From assembly GCF_018350175.1 (NCBI RefSeq), contig NC_058368.1:71612001-71676000 (forward strand): a DNA stretch of 64,000 nt, read 5' to 3'. The notes beneath the pieces are model-generated. The model had not been told where the DNA came from. It was given only the letters and a program-made list of their open reading frames with translations, and searched no databases. This stretch comes from Felis catus. Lineage: Eukaryota. The first letter of the stretch is position 1. Each line of letters opens with the position of its first letter. Shown one piece after another: positions 39,221 to 52,929 of this stretch. Both the position numbers and the translations under genes were made by a program.

Positions 39221-42200
39221 CGACAGAGCAGCTGTGTCTGCCTTCACCTGTCCTGCCTTCCGAAGGCTCTCGTCCAACTCTGGGAGGAGGCATTTCTCTC
39301 ACTGCCTCTGGCCTCCAGAGGGCCCAGGCAGCTGGTGGCTCGGGCCACCGCTCCACACTGGGCTCCCTTGATACCCTCACCCAGAAGACAGCCACAGGTG
39401 TCTACGGAGACCTGGCGGGCTGCCAGGCACCATGGAATCAGCACCCAGAGGCTGCCACCATCCTGGAATTCCTAATAATTTCATCTTTGAACTTAAGTCT
39501 GAGGGAGCGCTAGCGAACAGAGAAGATCCACACAGCCCCACTGGCACACAGCATTCTTGGTGCCCCAGGAGCACAGTCTCGGGGACAGGAGCATGGGACT
39601 CTGTGAGACTCAGTGGGCACAAGTAACATGGTATGTCTATGACCAGGTCAGCTGGGAGAAGCAAAACTGCATTCCAAGCAGAACTTGCTTTGAATGTAGG
39701 AAGGCAGGTATATGTTTGTCAGAATCATCCACCTACATACTTAATGTGTAAATTTTCTTGTGTATACATTATATCTCAAAGAAAACTGAAGTAAAGAAAA
39801 AGATGAAATGAGATCACAGAAGGAACACAGTTTGCCAGCCTCTCAGTCTATATTATTATCCGTTTATATTCTTACCTGAGTTCAACATGTTCCACAATTC
39901 CCAGTCAACAGCAAACACTTCCTGTCTTTTATTTAGGATTTGTGGTGGCCTCCCTTAGTCACTTTCTGGAACCCAACATGCAGTACAAGGCCAGAAGACT
40001 TCTTCCCGGAAGGTGAAGCAGCCCTAGGAGCTGGGGCTGAGGGAGCAGTGAATCAGCTGCTGGGATTCAGACTCAGGCCCCACCAGCTATCCTTGCCCAC
40101 CCAGGGCCCGTCCACTGTTGCTGACTGAGCGGAGGTTCCCACACTTGGCTACTAAGAAACACAGCAAATGATCTGCCTGTTAGAGTATATCTGCAAGCCT
40201 GCTAGAGAAGAGTGGAGCTCTTCCCCGACATGCTGGCAGCTGCTCAAGGTATGTTCATGCTGCCTGGCACAAGCCCTCGGGTCAAGAGAAAGAGCCAAGA
40301 ATCTGCACCGTGTCCCAACCCAGTGTCTGTCTACAGGGCAGGGCAAAGGGGCCAGTGGGTCTGGTTAGAGGCAGGTAACTTGCATCTCGTATGCCCCCAA
40401 AGGTCTTTGTTTTTCCTCCATGACAACTCAGGCCCACAAGCAGCAGAGGGAAGGGGAAGGACTATCCTTTAGTGTACTACTGAAAGGTTTTTTCAGAAAC
40501 ATTTTAAGTCTGTAGTAACAAAATGGTTTTTATTCAACTGATCTGCTTTCCTAGGTGAGAATGGGAAGCTTGGAAGTGCAACTTACATGTGAGTCAGAAG
40601 CAACACAGAACTATTACAAAATGTCATACAAAGCCATGCTTTTTTAGGTAGTGTGCTAACAAACTATTCTAGAAAGAAGAGAACATACACCTGTTTAAAC
40701 AACTCTAAGACAACGCTTTAGAAGTCAGGCCTACCCAAAAGTGAATAAACTTGTTACGAATGCAGGTGAGGGTTCCTGGCTAGGTCTGAGCCCTCACTCC
40801 CTCTACTTAATATAGTATTTCATAGCTTTACAGAAACAAGCCTCCCAGAAGGAGCACTGGACAGAGAGCTGGGAAATCAGAGGTCAAAGCCAAGCCCCTG
40901 CTGACTGTCAGAGGGACCTGTTTCACCCAGCCACATGAGGCAAGGCCACAGCGGGTGGCAGTGGGGGGTGTGGGCACCCTGGGCTCGGCTGGCCTGGGAC
41001 CCGGGATCCACAGGGGGCAGATCACAGGCCTCTCCGAATGACATGGGACAGAACTGAATTAGCGAAAGGACTCTGGAAGATGACCAGCAGATACAACTGC
41101 AAAGCTCCAGAGCACGACCTAGACCACCAAAGTGGCCCTGAGCATCACTTGGAAACCACCAGCACACGTGGCTCCCACCCACTGGTGTGTCCAGTGCTCC
41201 CGGCCCCATGCTCCCCTGCCAGTTGGCACTGCAAGCCCACAGTGAATCAGCAATGAGCCAAACTCTGTTCCCAGTGGGCTCTGGAATTCAGGACTTAATT
41301 CTTCCGGTAACAAACAGATCTACCTTCAGAATTACCTTTGCTGAGAATATTGTTAAATCCTGTCTAAATTCTCTGCAAAGGTGCTGGCTACCCACAGGAA
41401 GTCAGGTAGGCGAGGGGAGGAATGCAGACCTAGAGGGAAGGTAACTGCCTGCTGGAGCACCAGGAGGACCGCCCCTGGTGCACATGTGACACACGGACCT
41501 CCGTTTTTAAACAGTTCTTAAAAAGAAAGAAGCTTTCTTAAAAATAAAAGCACAGAATATTAAGCCTAATGCGGGTTTTGATTAATTACCTGTCCCCAAA
41601 GCATTCAAATCCTTCTGGTGCTTTTCTCATTCCCTCAGTTCAACTCAATTAAAACAGTTGAGAGGGCAGCAAAAACTGAATTATAAGAAAGAAGTGGGGA
41701 GGAAATGAAGGCTATGTTACTGAACATGCTTTTAAATACTTCACGTAAAGTGGATCCATTTACTCACATTCCTGTGGGGCCTAAACACGCAGCTGGTCAC
41801 TGTTTGCTGATGGCAGCCAGAACTCTTTGGGTCCAAAACTACTAGAAAAATATGTTGGGTTTCAAGGGAACTGAATGCACTGAACTGAATCCAATCCTTT
41901 CATGTACGAAATCCCCACCAATGTTTTTTTCAATCCCACTTTAAAAGCTACATTATCACTAGGACCAGCTGACAGAAGTCAGTAGCATTGAGGCTGAACA
42001 CACCATTCTTCCTCAGGGTCCATGACACTTTGGCCTCTCTAGTGTTCGGGGATGGATCCCAGGACTCAAAATATTACTAAAAAGCCAATCTGGTCTAACT
42101 TGGCTTTTAAAAACCACTTAAAAGCCAACATAGAGTCTGTTCCTGGGAAGAGCAAAATCCAGTTAGAATGTAAAACTCTGTTGTTACTATTTTGTGGTTA

Positions 42201-43549
42201 TCAAAGAACAGATACTGCTATATTTAGTTTAAACACTTTTTCAAACTTATTTCAAAACAACAGCTTTGTTTTTCCATTACTGGATGTATTTTTTTAGGTT
42301 TATAAATGTTCTTTCAATCATGATAAACAAGTACTCAGGGAAGCTACCATGGGTTTACTCAAACATTGTCCTAATCAAATAGCCCAAGGATTTTAGTTTT
42401 TTGTTTATAGGAGCTTTGTCATTTACCTTGCCCAAAAGACTTTCTTACTAAAAAACAAACAAAAAGCCATGTTGTATGTATAAACACAAAGAGAAGAAAA
42501 TAAGGTGTCTCTCCTCTCCACCCTCCTCTATCCTGGGACCAACCAGCCTGTGGTCAGCAGGAGGAAAAACCATCTCCCCACTCCAGCCAGAGCTGGTAGT
42601 AACAGATGTCATCTGGTATCTCAGGAGTTTCCCCCAAATGACAAAGCAATCCGCCCCCCGCCCTGAGGTGATGCTTCACAAACTACAAACTAAAGGTTAA
42701 AGACAGTCCCACTTGAAGCCCCCTAGTTAAAGTAGCTGTGCAACTCTCTACCAGTCCTTTGAGTGGGTGCCCACAGCCAGGACCCCTGGGCTCTGCTGTC
42801 CAGTGTGACATGGTGCAGAGGCAGAAGGGGAGGGCGAGGAAGGGGAGCTCCAGAAAGAGCCACCTCTCTCTGCATCATCCCCCAGCTTCCCAAGGAGGGA
42901 AGGACACCACCAGGCCACAGTTGCCCAAAGGAGCTGATCCTTCAAAATTCATGCAAATTTGGCATTCTATCACTATAACAAAGATTTCAACTATTTTTAA
43001 GTTAAGGAATTTCTCTCTCCTTCCTACTGTTCCAATCTTGGAATAAAGACAGTTCTTTAGAGAACAGGTCCCTGTCTCATAGCGAGAGCAAGACCAATGC
43101 AGACCAGGTGGACTGTACCTCTTTCCCAGGTGCTAAACACCTGAGATTTACATTAAAAGATGATTATAAGACACACTGTGGGGAGGCCAATGAGACATGC
43201 CTGGGGAAGCAGGGCATCACAGGTCCCGAAGGAGAATGACTATCTGAACAGCAGAGTCTTTGAAGAGAAACAGGAAAGAGGTGGACACAAGTCAGGGGAT
43301 GGCTAGGGGACAAATGGGTGGTTTGACCAGGAGGACAGCCTGGGCATGCCTGGGGGTCAGGGCATGAGTGTGAGGCCAGGACTATAGGGGAAGAGACAGA
43401 GGAGGGAGGCTGGGTCCGGGTCACTAGAGACCTAACTCTCAGCCCTATGTGATGGGGTAACTAAGGGTAGTAAGCCTGAGAGGTGACATCGTAAGATTTG
43501 TGTTTTAAAAAATTATCTAGTGTAACCCCAGTGGAAGACTGCTTGACAT

Positions 43550-43950
43550 ATTCTGATCAGCACTATTTATAATAACTCAAATGCAGATACTACCCAAATG
43601 TCCCTCAACAGTAATTAAAACAGGCTAATAAAGTGTGGTATACTGTGGAAAACTCCACAGCAGTGAGAACGAATGGACAACTACATGTAACAACATGGAT
43701 GAATCTCACAAGCAATGCTGAGTGACAGAAGTCAGGCAGAAACAGCACATACTGTATGACTGTATTTATAAGAACATGAATAATAGCCAGACTGACCTCT
43801 GCTGCTGGATGTCAGGACAGTGGTTACTGCCAAGGAAAGACGTGAGCACACTTGATTTGGGTGCTGTTTACACGGTGTGTTCCTATTATGATTCCTATCA
43901 TGCTATATGATTTCCACACTTTTCTGATGTGTTATACTTTCATAAAATTG
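43550..43950 (+). mobile_element. Old L1ME/MC 3'-end fragment
   Basis: cccaaatgtccctcaacag...caacatggatgaatctcacaagcaatgctgagtg. Confidence 0.65.
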
Positions 43951-46301
43951 CATTTTACATTTTTAAAACACATACAGTAACAGAGTAGAGGACAGACTTC
44001 CAGGAAGGAGGAAAAGAAGAATAAATTAAGCCTAAAGTTTGCAGAAGGAAGGAATAACAAAGATCAGGGCAGAAATAGAGGCCAGAAAAATAGAAAACAT
44101 CAATGAAACTAAGAGCTGTTTTTTTTTTTTTTAAGATAAAATTGACAAAACTTTAGCTAGACTAAGAAAAAAAGAGAGAAGACTCAAGTACATAAAATCA
44201 GAATAAAAAGAGGAGACATTACAGTTGACACCCAGGAATACATAGGACCACAGGAGACCCCTATGAATAATTATCTGCCAACAAATTGGACAACTACAAA
44301 AAACTGATAGATTCCTAGAAACATACAACTTATTAAGATAGATTGGCGGAGAAACAGAATATGTGAACGGACTATTAACAAGGAAGGAGACCAAGTCAGT
44401 GATCAAAAACCTCCCAACAAAGAAAATCCCAGGACCACATGGTTTCACTGAATTCCACCTTAATGCCAATCCTTCTCAAACTCAGCCAGAAACTTGAAGA
44501 GATGGGAATACTCCCAAACTTATTTTACAAGTCCAGCATTAACCTAATACCAAAGCCAAATAACAACACCACAAGAAGACTACAGACTCATATTCCGGAT
44601 GAATACAGATGCAAAAATTCTTAACAAAATATTAGCAAACCAAACTCAGCAGCACATTAAAAGGATCATACACCATAATCAAGTGGGATTTATCCCTGGA
44701 TGCAAAGATGGTTCAATACACACAAGTCAACAAATATGACAAATATGACATTAATAGAATGAAAGATAAAATCATACGATCATCTCGATAGATGCAGAAA
44801 AAGCATTTGACAAAAGCACAACATCCTTTCACGATAGAAACTCTCAACAAACTAGGTACAGAAGGAACATACCTCATCATAATAAAGTTTATATATGACA
44901 AACCCACAGCTGACAACGTAATAGTGAAAACCTTAAAGCTTTTCCTCTAAGATTAGAAAAAGACAAGGATGCCCACTCTCACCAGTCTTATTCAACATAC
45001 TACTAGAAGTCCTGGCCAGAGCAGTCAGGCTAGATGAAGACATAAAAGGCATCTATGCTGGAAAGGAAGAAGTAAAACTGTCTTTGTATGAAAACTATAC
45101 ATTCTTGTATATAGAAAATTCTAGAGAGTCTTCCAAAAAACTGTTAGAGCTAATTAACAAAGTTAGTTAAGCTGAAGAATACAAAATCAACACAAAGAAA
45201 TCAATTGTATTCTATACAATAATGACAAAATATCTGAAAAAGAACTAAGGAAACAATCCCAGTCACAAAAGCACCAAAAAGAATAAAATTCCTAGGAATA
45301 AATTCAACCAAGGAGGTGAGGGATCAGTGCACTGAAAACTGTAAGACTTTGATTAAAAATAATTGAAGACATGAACAAATGGGAAGATAGCCCATATTCA
45401 TGGATTGGAAGAATTACTATTGTTAAAATGTCCATATTACCCAAAGCTATATATAGGTTCAATGCAATCTCTATCAAAATCTCAATGGCATTTTTCACAG
45501 AAATTATAAAAGACAATCCTAAAACTTGTACAGGACCACAAAAGACCCTAAATAGACAAAGCAGTGCTGAGAAAGTAAAACAAAACTGGAGACATCACAC
45601 TTCATGAATTTAAAACTGTACTACAAAGCTACAGTAATTAAAACAGTATGGTAGTGGCATAAACATAGACACATTGACAGTGGAACAGAATTGACAGTCC
45701 AGAAATAAACCCCAGCATATACAGTCAACTAATATTATACATGGAACCAAGAATACAAAATGGGAAAAGGACAGTCTCTTCAATAAATAGAGTCAGGAAA
45801 ACTGAACAGCCACATGCAGAAAAATACAATTGAATACTTACCTTACACCACTTCAAAAATTCACTTGAAATGGATTAGAGATTTAAATTAAGACCAGAAA
45901 CTTAAATTCTCACAAGAAAATACAGGGGAAAAGCTCCTGGACATTGGTCTTATCAACAATTTTTCAGATATGACACCAAAAGCAAAAGCAACAAAAACAA
46001 AAATCTGTGAGACTACATCAAACTAAAAAGCTTCTCTACAGCAAAAGAAACAATTAGCAATGAAAAGGCAACCTATGGAATGGGACACAATACTTGCAAA
46101 CCATGTATCTGATAAAGGGTTAATATCCAAAATATACTTAAAAAAAAAAATGCCTACAACTCAGTAACAACAACAAAACAATCTGATTAAAAAAGGGGCA
46201 GAGGAACTGAATAGACATTTTCCCAAAGACATACAAAGGGCCAATAGGTACATAAAAAGGTGCTCAACATCAGGAAAATGCAAATAAAAACCACAGTGAG
46301 A

Positions 46302-46453
46302 GGGGCACCTGGGTGGCTCAGTTGGTTAAGCATCTGACTCTTGTGCTCTACATTGACAGTATGGAGCCTGCTTGGGATTTTCTCTCTCTCTCTCTCTCTC
46401 TGCCCCTTCCCAGCTCATGTGCTCTCTCTAAATAAATAAACATTAGAAAAAAA
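46302..46453 (+). mobile_element. Internally deleted Can-SINE in the L1
   Basis: ggggcacctgggtggctcagttggttaag head, (CT)n tract and aaataaataaa tail. Confidence 0.85.
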
Positions 46454-47112
46454 CTATAATGAGGTATCACCTCATACCTGTCAGAATGACTATCATCAAA
46501 AAGATGAGGTAACAAAGGTTGGCAAGGGCTAGAAAAAAGGCAACCCTTCTGCACTGTTGGTGGGAATGTAAATTGGTACAGCCACTATGGAAAACAGTAT
46601 GGTAGATCACATGAGGTCACAGAAAAATTAAAAACAGAACTACTATATGATCCAGTAATCCCACTCACAGGTATATATACAAAGAGATATCTGCACTCCC
46701 GTGTCACTGCACTAACTGCAACAGCCAAGATACAGAAACAACCTAAATGTCTGTCAACAGATGAATGGATAAAAAAGATTGTATGTGCATGTAACATATG
46801 GAATACTACTCATCCATGAAAAAGAAGGAAACCCTGCTGTATGCAACAACATGGATCAACCTTGAGGGCATATTAAATGAAAGTCAGAGAAAGACAGAAA
46901 GCCAAACTTGTAGAAACAGAGAGTAGAATGGCAATTACCAGGTGCTGGGGCTGGGTGAAATGGGGAGATGTTGATCAAAGGGTACAAACTTCCAGTTAGA
47001 AGATGAATACATTCTTGGGATCTAATGCACAGCACTGTGAATACAGTTAACAGTACTATATTATATATTTGACAAGAGAGATCTTAAATGTCACCACAAA
47101 AAAGAAATAATA

Positions 47113-47335
47113 GGGATGCTTGGCTTGCTCAGTCAGTAGAGCTTGCAACTCTTGATCTCGGGGTCATGGGTTTGAGCCCCTCATGGGTTAGAGATTACTT
47201 AAATAAAAATTAGCCTGGGTGGCTTAGTCGGTTAAGTGTCTGACTCTTGAATTCGGCTCAGGTCATGATCTTTCAGTTTGTGAGATCGAGCCCCACATAG
47301 GGCTCTGTGCTGACAGTGTGGAGCCTGCTTGGGAT

Positions 47336-47375
<40 letters not shown>

Positions 47376-47460
47376 CTCTGCTTCTCCCCCCCCCCCCTTG
47401 TGTGCGCTTTCTCTCAAAATAAATAAACATGTAAAAATAAGTAAAACTTAAAAAAAAAAT
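47113..47460 (+). mobile_element. Tandem SINEs: a short older tRNA-Lys-type Can-SINE (47113-~47210) followed by a felid Can-SINE (~47213-47460)
   Basis: Two consecutive tRNA-like heads. The second has a (CT)n tract and an A-rich tail. Confidence 0.85.
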
Positions 47461-47537
47461 TAACAACATGTGACATGATAGAGATGTAAGCTGGTACTAT
47501 GGTGGTAATCATATTGCAATATATAAATGTATCAGAT

Positions 47538-47737
47538 TGGGGCACCAGGGTGGCTCAGTCAGTTGTTCAGCTTCGGCTCAGGTCATGATCTCATGGTTCG
47601 TAAGTTCAAGCCCCACATGGGGCTCTCTACTGTCAGCTCAGAGCCTGCTTCAGATCTGTCTCCCCCTCTCTTTACCCCTCCCCCCACTCGCATGTATGCA
47701 TGCATGCTCTCTATCTCAATAATAAACATTAAAACAA
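47538..47737 (+). mobile_element. Can-SINE with a 15-bp TSD
   Basis: TSD ataaatgtatcagat at 47523-47537 and 47738-47752. Confidence 0.9.
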
Positions 47738-48355
47738 ATAAATGTATCAGATCAACACACTGTATGCTTAAACTTATATGCCAATTATATCTCAACAAAG
47801 CTGGAAAAAATATCAATGGAATTTCTTTCTGTAGTAATGGGAATGTTATAGAATTAGACAGTAGTGATGGTTGTACAACCTTGTTAATATACTAAAAACC
47901 ACTGAATTATATGCACTTTGATATGGTGAATCAAATTTGATTAAATCAAATTTGATATGGTGAATACCATAAGGTATGTGAATTCCATCTCAATAAAAAT
48001 AACTGGTTAAAAAAATCAGTTGAACAGAATAGAGAGTCTAGAAGTAGATAAAGGTACCAAGGTAATTCAAGAACGGACAGTCTTTAAAACAAAAGGTACT
48101 GGAAAACAGGATATCCATATTAAAAAAAAAAAAGAATAACTCATCTCATTCCATATACTTAACTCAAAATGTGTACAAACTGTAAGAGTTACAATTCTAG
48201 AATAAAAGCTTTTGATAGGACACAAAAAGTACAAATAATAAACAGAGAACATGGATAAGATGGACTTCATCAGAATCAAAACCTGCTCTCAAAAGGCTCT
48301 GATGATTAAATGGAAGGGCAAACTCAGACTGGGAAAAACATCTCCAAAACACACA

Positions 48356-49163
48356 CAGATAGACCTTGGAGATACTGCGGTACGGTTCCAGATGACTGCA
48401 ATATAGCAAACATTGCAATAAAGCAAGTCAAATGAATTTTCTGGTTTTCCAGTGCATATAAAAGTTATGTTTACACTATGCTTTATATTAAGTGTGCAAC
48501 AGCATTATGTCTAAAAAACTGTACATATGTTAATTTAAAAAATACTTTATTACTAAAAAAAATGCTAACTGCCTGAGCTTTCAGCAAGTTGTAACCACTG
48601 ATCACAGATAACAAATACAGTTCTCCCTTGAACACAGGTTTGAACTCTGTGGGTCCATTTATAATTGAATTCTTTTGGAGAAATACAGTACTGTAAATGC
48701 TTTTTCTCTTCTTTATGATTTTATTAATAACATTTTCTTTTCTTTAGCTTACTTTGTCGCAAGAATACAGTATGTAATACATATAATATACAAAATATGT
48801 GTTAATCACCTGTTTGTTATCAATAAGTCGTCTGGTCAACAGTAAGCTATTAGTAGTTAAGTTTTTGGGGAGTCCAAGTTACATGCATACTTTGGGCTAT
48901 TTGCAGGGGGGCTGGTGTCCCTAGCCCCCTCCATTGTTCAAGATTCAGCTGTTTAATATTAATAGAAAAGATTAAAATATTGCAATAATTACCAAAATGT
49001 GACACAGAGACATGAAGTGAGCAACTGCTATTGGAAAAATAGCAACTGTAGACTTGCTTGGAACAGGGCTGCCACAAACCTTCAATTTGTAAAAACAAAC
49101 AAAAAACCACACACAAAAAAACACCTAATTATCTGCAAAGTGCAATAAAACAAGGTATGCCTG
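48356..49163 (-). mobile_element. Non-autonomous Tigger1-derived DNA transposon (Tigger1a-like)
   Basis: Termini cagatagaccttggagatactgcggtacggttccag and gcaataaaacaaggtatgcctg match the Tigger1 terminal inverted repeat (TIR) ends. There is no transposase. Confidence 0.8.
48618..48951. mobile_element. Tigger2a/MER28-like MITE nested in the Tigger1 element
   Basis: TIRs cagttctcccttgaaca...tgttcaagattcagctg, preceded by TA at 48616-48617. Confidence 0.8.
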
Positions 49164-50082
49164 GATATATTTGATAAATTACTTATATCCAGAATATACA
49201 GAGAACTCTTAAAAATCAGGAAGAAGAAAAACAACCCAATTAAAACTGGGCAAAAGATTTAAACACTCTGATATATGAATCTCATAAGCACATGAAAAGA
49301 TGCTTAATATCATTAATCATTAGAGAAATGCAAATAAAAACTATAGTAAGATACCATCATAGAATGGGTAAAATTGAAAAGACTACTGATACCAAGTGTT
49401 GACAAAGATGTAGGGCAACTGAAACTATACGTTGCTTTTGGAAAAGAGTGCAGCAACTTTGGAAAACAATCTTAAACAATTCAAGATATGTTTATCATAC
49501 AACCTAGCAATCTCACTCTTGGGAATATACTCAAGATGAGTAATTTCATATCCTGCATGAAGACCTATATATGAATGTCTACAGCAGTTCTATTCATAGT
49601 AGGCAATAGCTGGAAATAACCCAAATGTCCATCAACCCGAGAATGCATAGACAATTTGAGGAGTATAGATGTAATAATACAGATAAATCTCAAATGTATA
49701 TGCCAAGTGAAAGAAGCCAGATGCAAAAGGCTATGTGCCATATGATGAGTGTCCACTGACATTTTGGAAAACACAAATCAGAGGGGCAGAAAACAGCAGT
49801 GGCTGCTCCGGCTGGGAGAATAGAGGAAATGGACTGCACAGGGGCATGAGGCAACCTTCTGGGTTCATGAAAATATCTGTATCTGCTTATAGTGGGGAGC
49901 ACATGAGTATATACATTTGTAAAAATTCACTGAACTGAAAAAAAATTACTGAACTTCAAATATTAAATAGGTGAATTTCATCTCATATAAATCAATAAAG
50001 CCAACTTATTTTTTAAAGGCCTGCCAAACATCAGTATTTGTACAAAGCCCCCTTTATCCACTCTGATTGTACTTGCTTTTTT

Positions 50083-50178
50083 TTTTTAAAGATTTTTTTA
50101 TTTTTAAGTAATCTCTACAACTCAGAACCCTGAGATGAAGAGTCACATGCTCCACTGATTGAGCCAGCCAGGCACCCC
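50083..50178 (-). mobile_element. Short Can-SINE with a 15-bp TSD
   Basis: TSD tgtacttgctttttt at 50068-50082 and 50179-50193. Confidence 0.85.
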
Positions 50179-51696
50179 TGTACTTGCTTTTTTGCAGTAT
50201 GTTAGGATTCCATAGATTTTAGGCCTTATCTTTGCCAAACTGATTTATCCATTCCTCTGCCTCAATTTCAATGAAGATCACTGAGAAGTCTCTTTACATT
50301 CTCGTTTCTTAGCTTTTACCCAGGGGAGCTTAACTCAAGTCTCCATCTGGAAACAAGATGGAATTGCCCTGGGTTCAAGTTCTAGCCCCATCAGGACACC
50401 AGGATTACCCATTTCCTGGGTGAGTGAAAACCCTTCCTCAGCCAGGCCCGTAAGAAGATTTAATAAGGATGTGGAGCACCAGGTTTGGCCTCAGGCACAA
50501 TGCCTGTTTCTACTATTTTCACCTAGTGATCCTCTCAGTTAAGGACCCATATCTCTGCCACCATCACCTGCCCTCATTAGATGCCTGTGACTTGCCTGGG
50601 TTTTTCGTTATAGATAGTTCCATTTCTTCACATAATCTATCTTTGTTCTCCCAGACTCTTGTATGAGTTCTGTGTGTATGTGTGTGTTCTGGGACACAGT
50701 GTCCTAAAAAATACAGTGCAGCTCTTCTCTAAAGCATTAGGGCACGTGACCCAAAAAGACTGACGTACGTGTGGGAGAAATCTTTGCTGTCCAGAATGTC
50801 TCCGACAGCACATGCTGTACCCCCACCCCCACCTCCTCCAGGGCTGGTGATTGTGGAGGATCATTTCATCACATGCACATGCCCCCAGAGCACCCACCAC
50901 TCACACACTGTCTCATCTACCCAGTCCCAAGAAACACCTCTTTTCTCCCTAACTTTTGACTCTGCACCCATAGGTAAGCTCTTGGCTGCACTCACCTGTC
51001 TCATAAACATTAAAATTCCTGGAGGAACATTTTAAACTCTGTTTCAGTATTTCAAGTTACATTTCTTATTAACTCACCATTAATGATCTAAACCTCCTTG
51101 AGCTCACCATTAATTATCTCAACTTCCCTGAACTCTGTTTTATATTTCCTTTTGGTTCTCATTTTCTCATATGAGCAAAATTTCCATATTAGTTACCAAC
51201 TGCCCAGGAGAGTTGCTTATTCCTGAGTGTTAGTGAGAGGTAAGACCCACCTTTTGCTCCATTACTTCCATTTCTGACCCATTTTAGAGGTTGTGTTAGC
51301 AATGAGGGCTCTCCTGAGACACGAGACCTATTTCAAAATGTGATTTTTAAAGGCCAAGCATTCTCCAAGTGGGTTCCCTTTTGCTACCTTCAAAACAAAA
51401 GCAAATCTGTGCAATAAATATTCCCTTAGAACTTAGCTATGCTGCTGCCCAGAGGTGCTTTTCACACTTGACTCCGGGCCTGAGAGGGCAGAAGTGCTGA
51501 GAGGGCAGAAGACTGGCTTCGGGACCAGACAAGCCTGGGCAGTGACACTGGCAAATGACCAAACCTGTGGCCCTCAGTTTCCTTCTCTGTCCAATCACAC
51601 AGCAGCACTTCACAGAGGTATGGTGGGCATCCCCCAAGATAACCCAGGTAAAGCACCCAGCACAGAGCCTCAGGTGTGTGTGTACCCAACCAATTG

Positions 51697-52056
51697 GAGT
51701 CAGTCTGGGTTGCTGTAACAAAACTACCACGGACTGAGTGATTAATAAACAACACACACTTGCTTCTCACAGTTCTGGAGGCTAAAAAGTCCGAGATCAA
51801 GGCCCTTGGCAGATTCAGTGTCTGGTGAGGGCCCGCGTTCTGGCTCAAGGATGGCATCTTCTCACTGAGGTCTCACACGACAGGAGGGCCAAGGGAGTTC
51901 TCTGGGGTCTCTTTGTAAGTACACTAATTCCATCAGGGGGCTCCACCTTCACAACCGAATCACCTCCAAAAAGCCCTACATCCAAATAGCATCACATTGG
52001 AGGTTTAGATTTCAACAGATGAATTTGGGGGGCACACAAACATTCAAACCATAGCA
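51697..52056 (-). mobile_element. MaLR solo LTR (MLT1A-like)
   Basis: ctcacagttctggaggct...gaatttggggggcacacaaacattcaaaccatagca. Confidence 0.85.
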
Positions 52057-52539
52057 GTGTTATTTTGAATGAAATAAACAAATAGAAAAATATTAGTTCT
52101 GCCCAAGAGATCACTCTCCATAGTCTCCCTGCTCTGAGAAAATACTGGAAACAGGCTTACTGCCTGGGGTCCTCTTCCGGGCTGTGTGACATACTGGGAC
52201 TCAAAAGGACTGGATTGGGGGGAGCCCCTGGGGGACCTCACTTAGCCTCACAGGAGGGAAACGCCCATCTTGCCCACCTCACTGGCTCTTCCATAATGTT
52301 CGAGTTACTGGATGCACACAGAAGCACTGTAAAATAACTTTTCCATAAAATGACAAGCCCTGCCCACCACCCGTGTGGTCCTCCAGTTGCACACACTTAT
52401 CAGCAAATACTCTAGGTGTTCTATTCAACTAAGTTCAGGGGAGGTGACATCTTGATTTTTATTCTCACACATACACTTTAGTTTTGCAAGAAAAGCAACA
52501 CTTCCTTGCATAATCACCATCCTCTCCAAATCTGGTGTG

Positions 52540-52800
52540 AATAATAATCACGGCCGGCACTTAACACAGAACTTACAAAGATTCAGGTATACTTTTAAGC
52601 ACTTTACATATCTGAACTGATTTAATCATCACAGAAACCTATGAAGTAGGCACCTTTATTTCCATTTTACCCCTGAAGAAGTGGAGACAGAGGGTGTGAG
52701 TAAAAAGTGTTGACTTGACCAAAGTCAAATAGCTAGTAAGTAGCAGGGCTGGGATCTGGATCCAGCTGGTCTGACTCTGGAGTTCAGGCTCTTAACTACC
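52540..52800 (-). mobile_element. MIR
   Basis: tttaatcatcacagaaacctatgaagtagg...gacttgaccaaagtcaaatagctagtaagtagcagggctggga. Confidence 0.7.
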
Positions 52801-52929
52801 TAGAAAAAAGTGCTCCTATTCCCTGCCCTGGCCCCATGACACACTGAAAAATAAAGCAGAAGTAAATGGTTATTTGTCTTGAATTGCAAGGGTTATTTAT
52901 CTTGAATTATGATCTTGATAAATCATATG

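Larger units (their letters stand above)
44010..47810 (+). mobile_element. Decayed, 5'-truncated L1 (L1MA9-like) with an ORF2 RT remnant, interrupted by four SINEs
   Basis: ORF2 peptides [23 protein letters not shown] (44439+) and [31 protein letters not shown] (45371+). The 3' end is ccaattatatctcaacaaagctggaaaaaa. Frameshifted throughout. Confidence 0.9.
48010..50000 (+). mobile_element. Old L1M (MC/MD-like) ORF2 end and 3' UTR, interrupted by Tigger elements
   Basis: L1 sequence ...gactgggaaaaacatctccaaaacaca resumes as ...atatttgataaattacttatatccagaatataca after the insert. Confidence 0.75.

Noticed and set aside
44010..46300. Active reverse-transcriptase gene
   Set aside because: The L1 ORF2 remnant is fragmented by stops and frameshifts and lacks ORF1 and a promoter.
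47113..47190. tRNA-Lys gene
   Set aside because: It is the degenerate tRNA-derived head of a Can-SINE, followed by SINE tail sequence. The acceptor stem is not intact.
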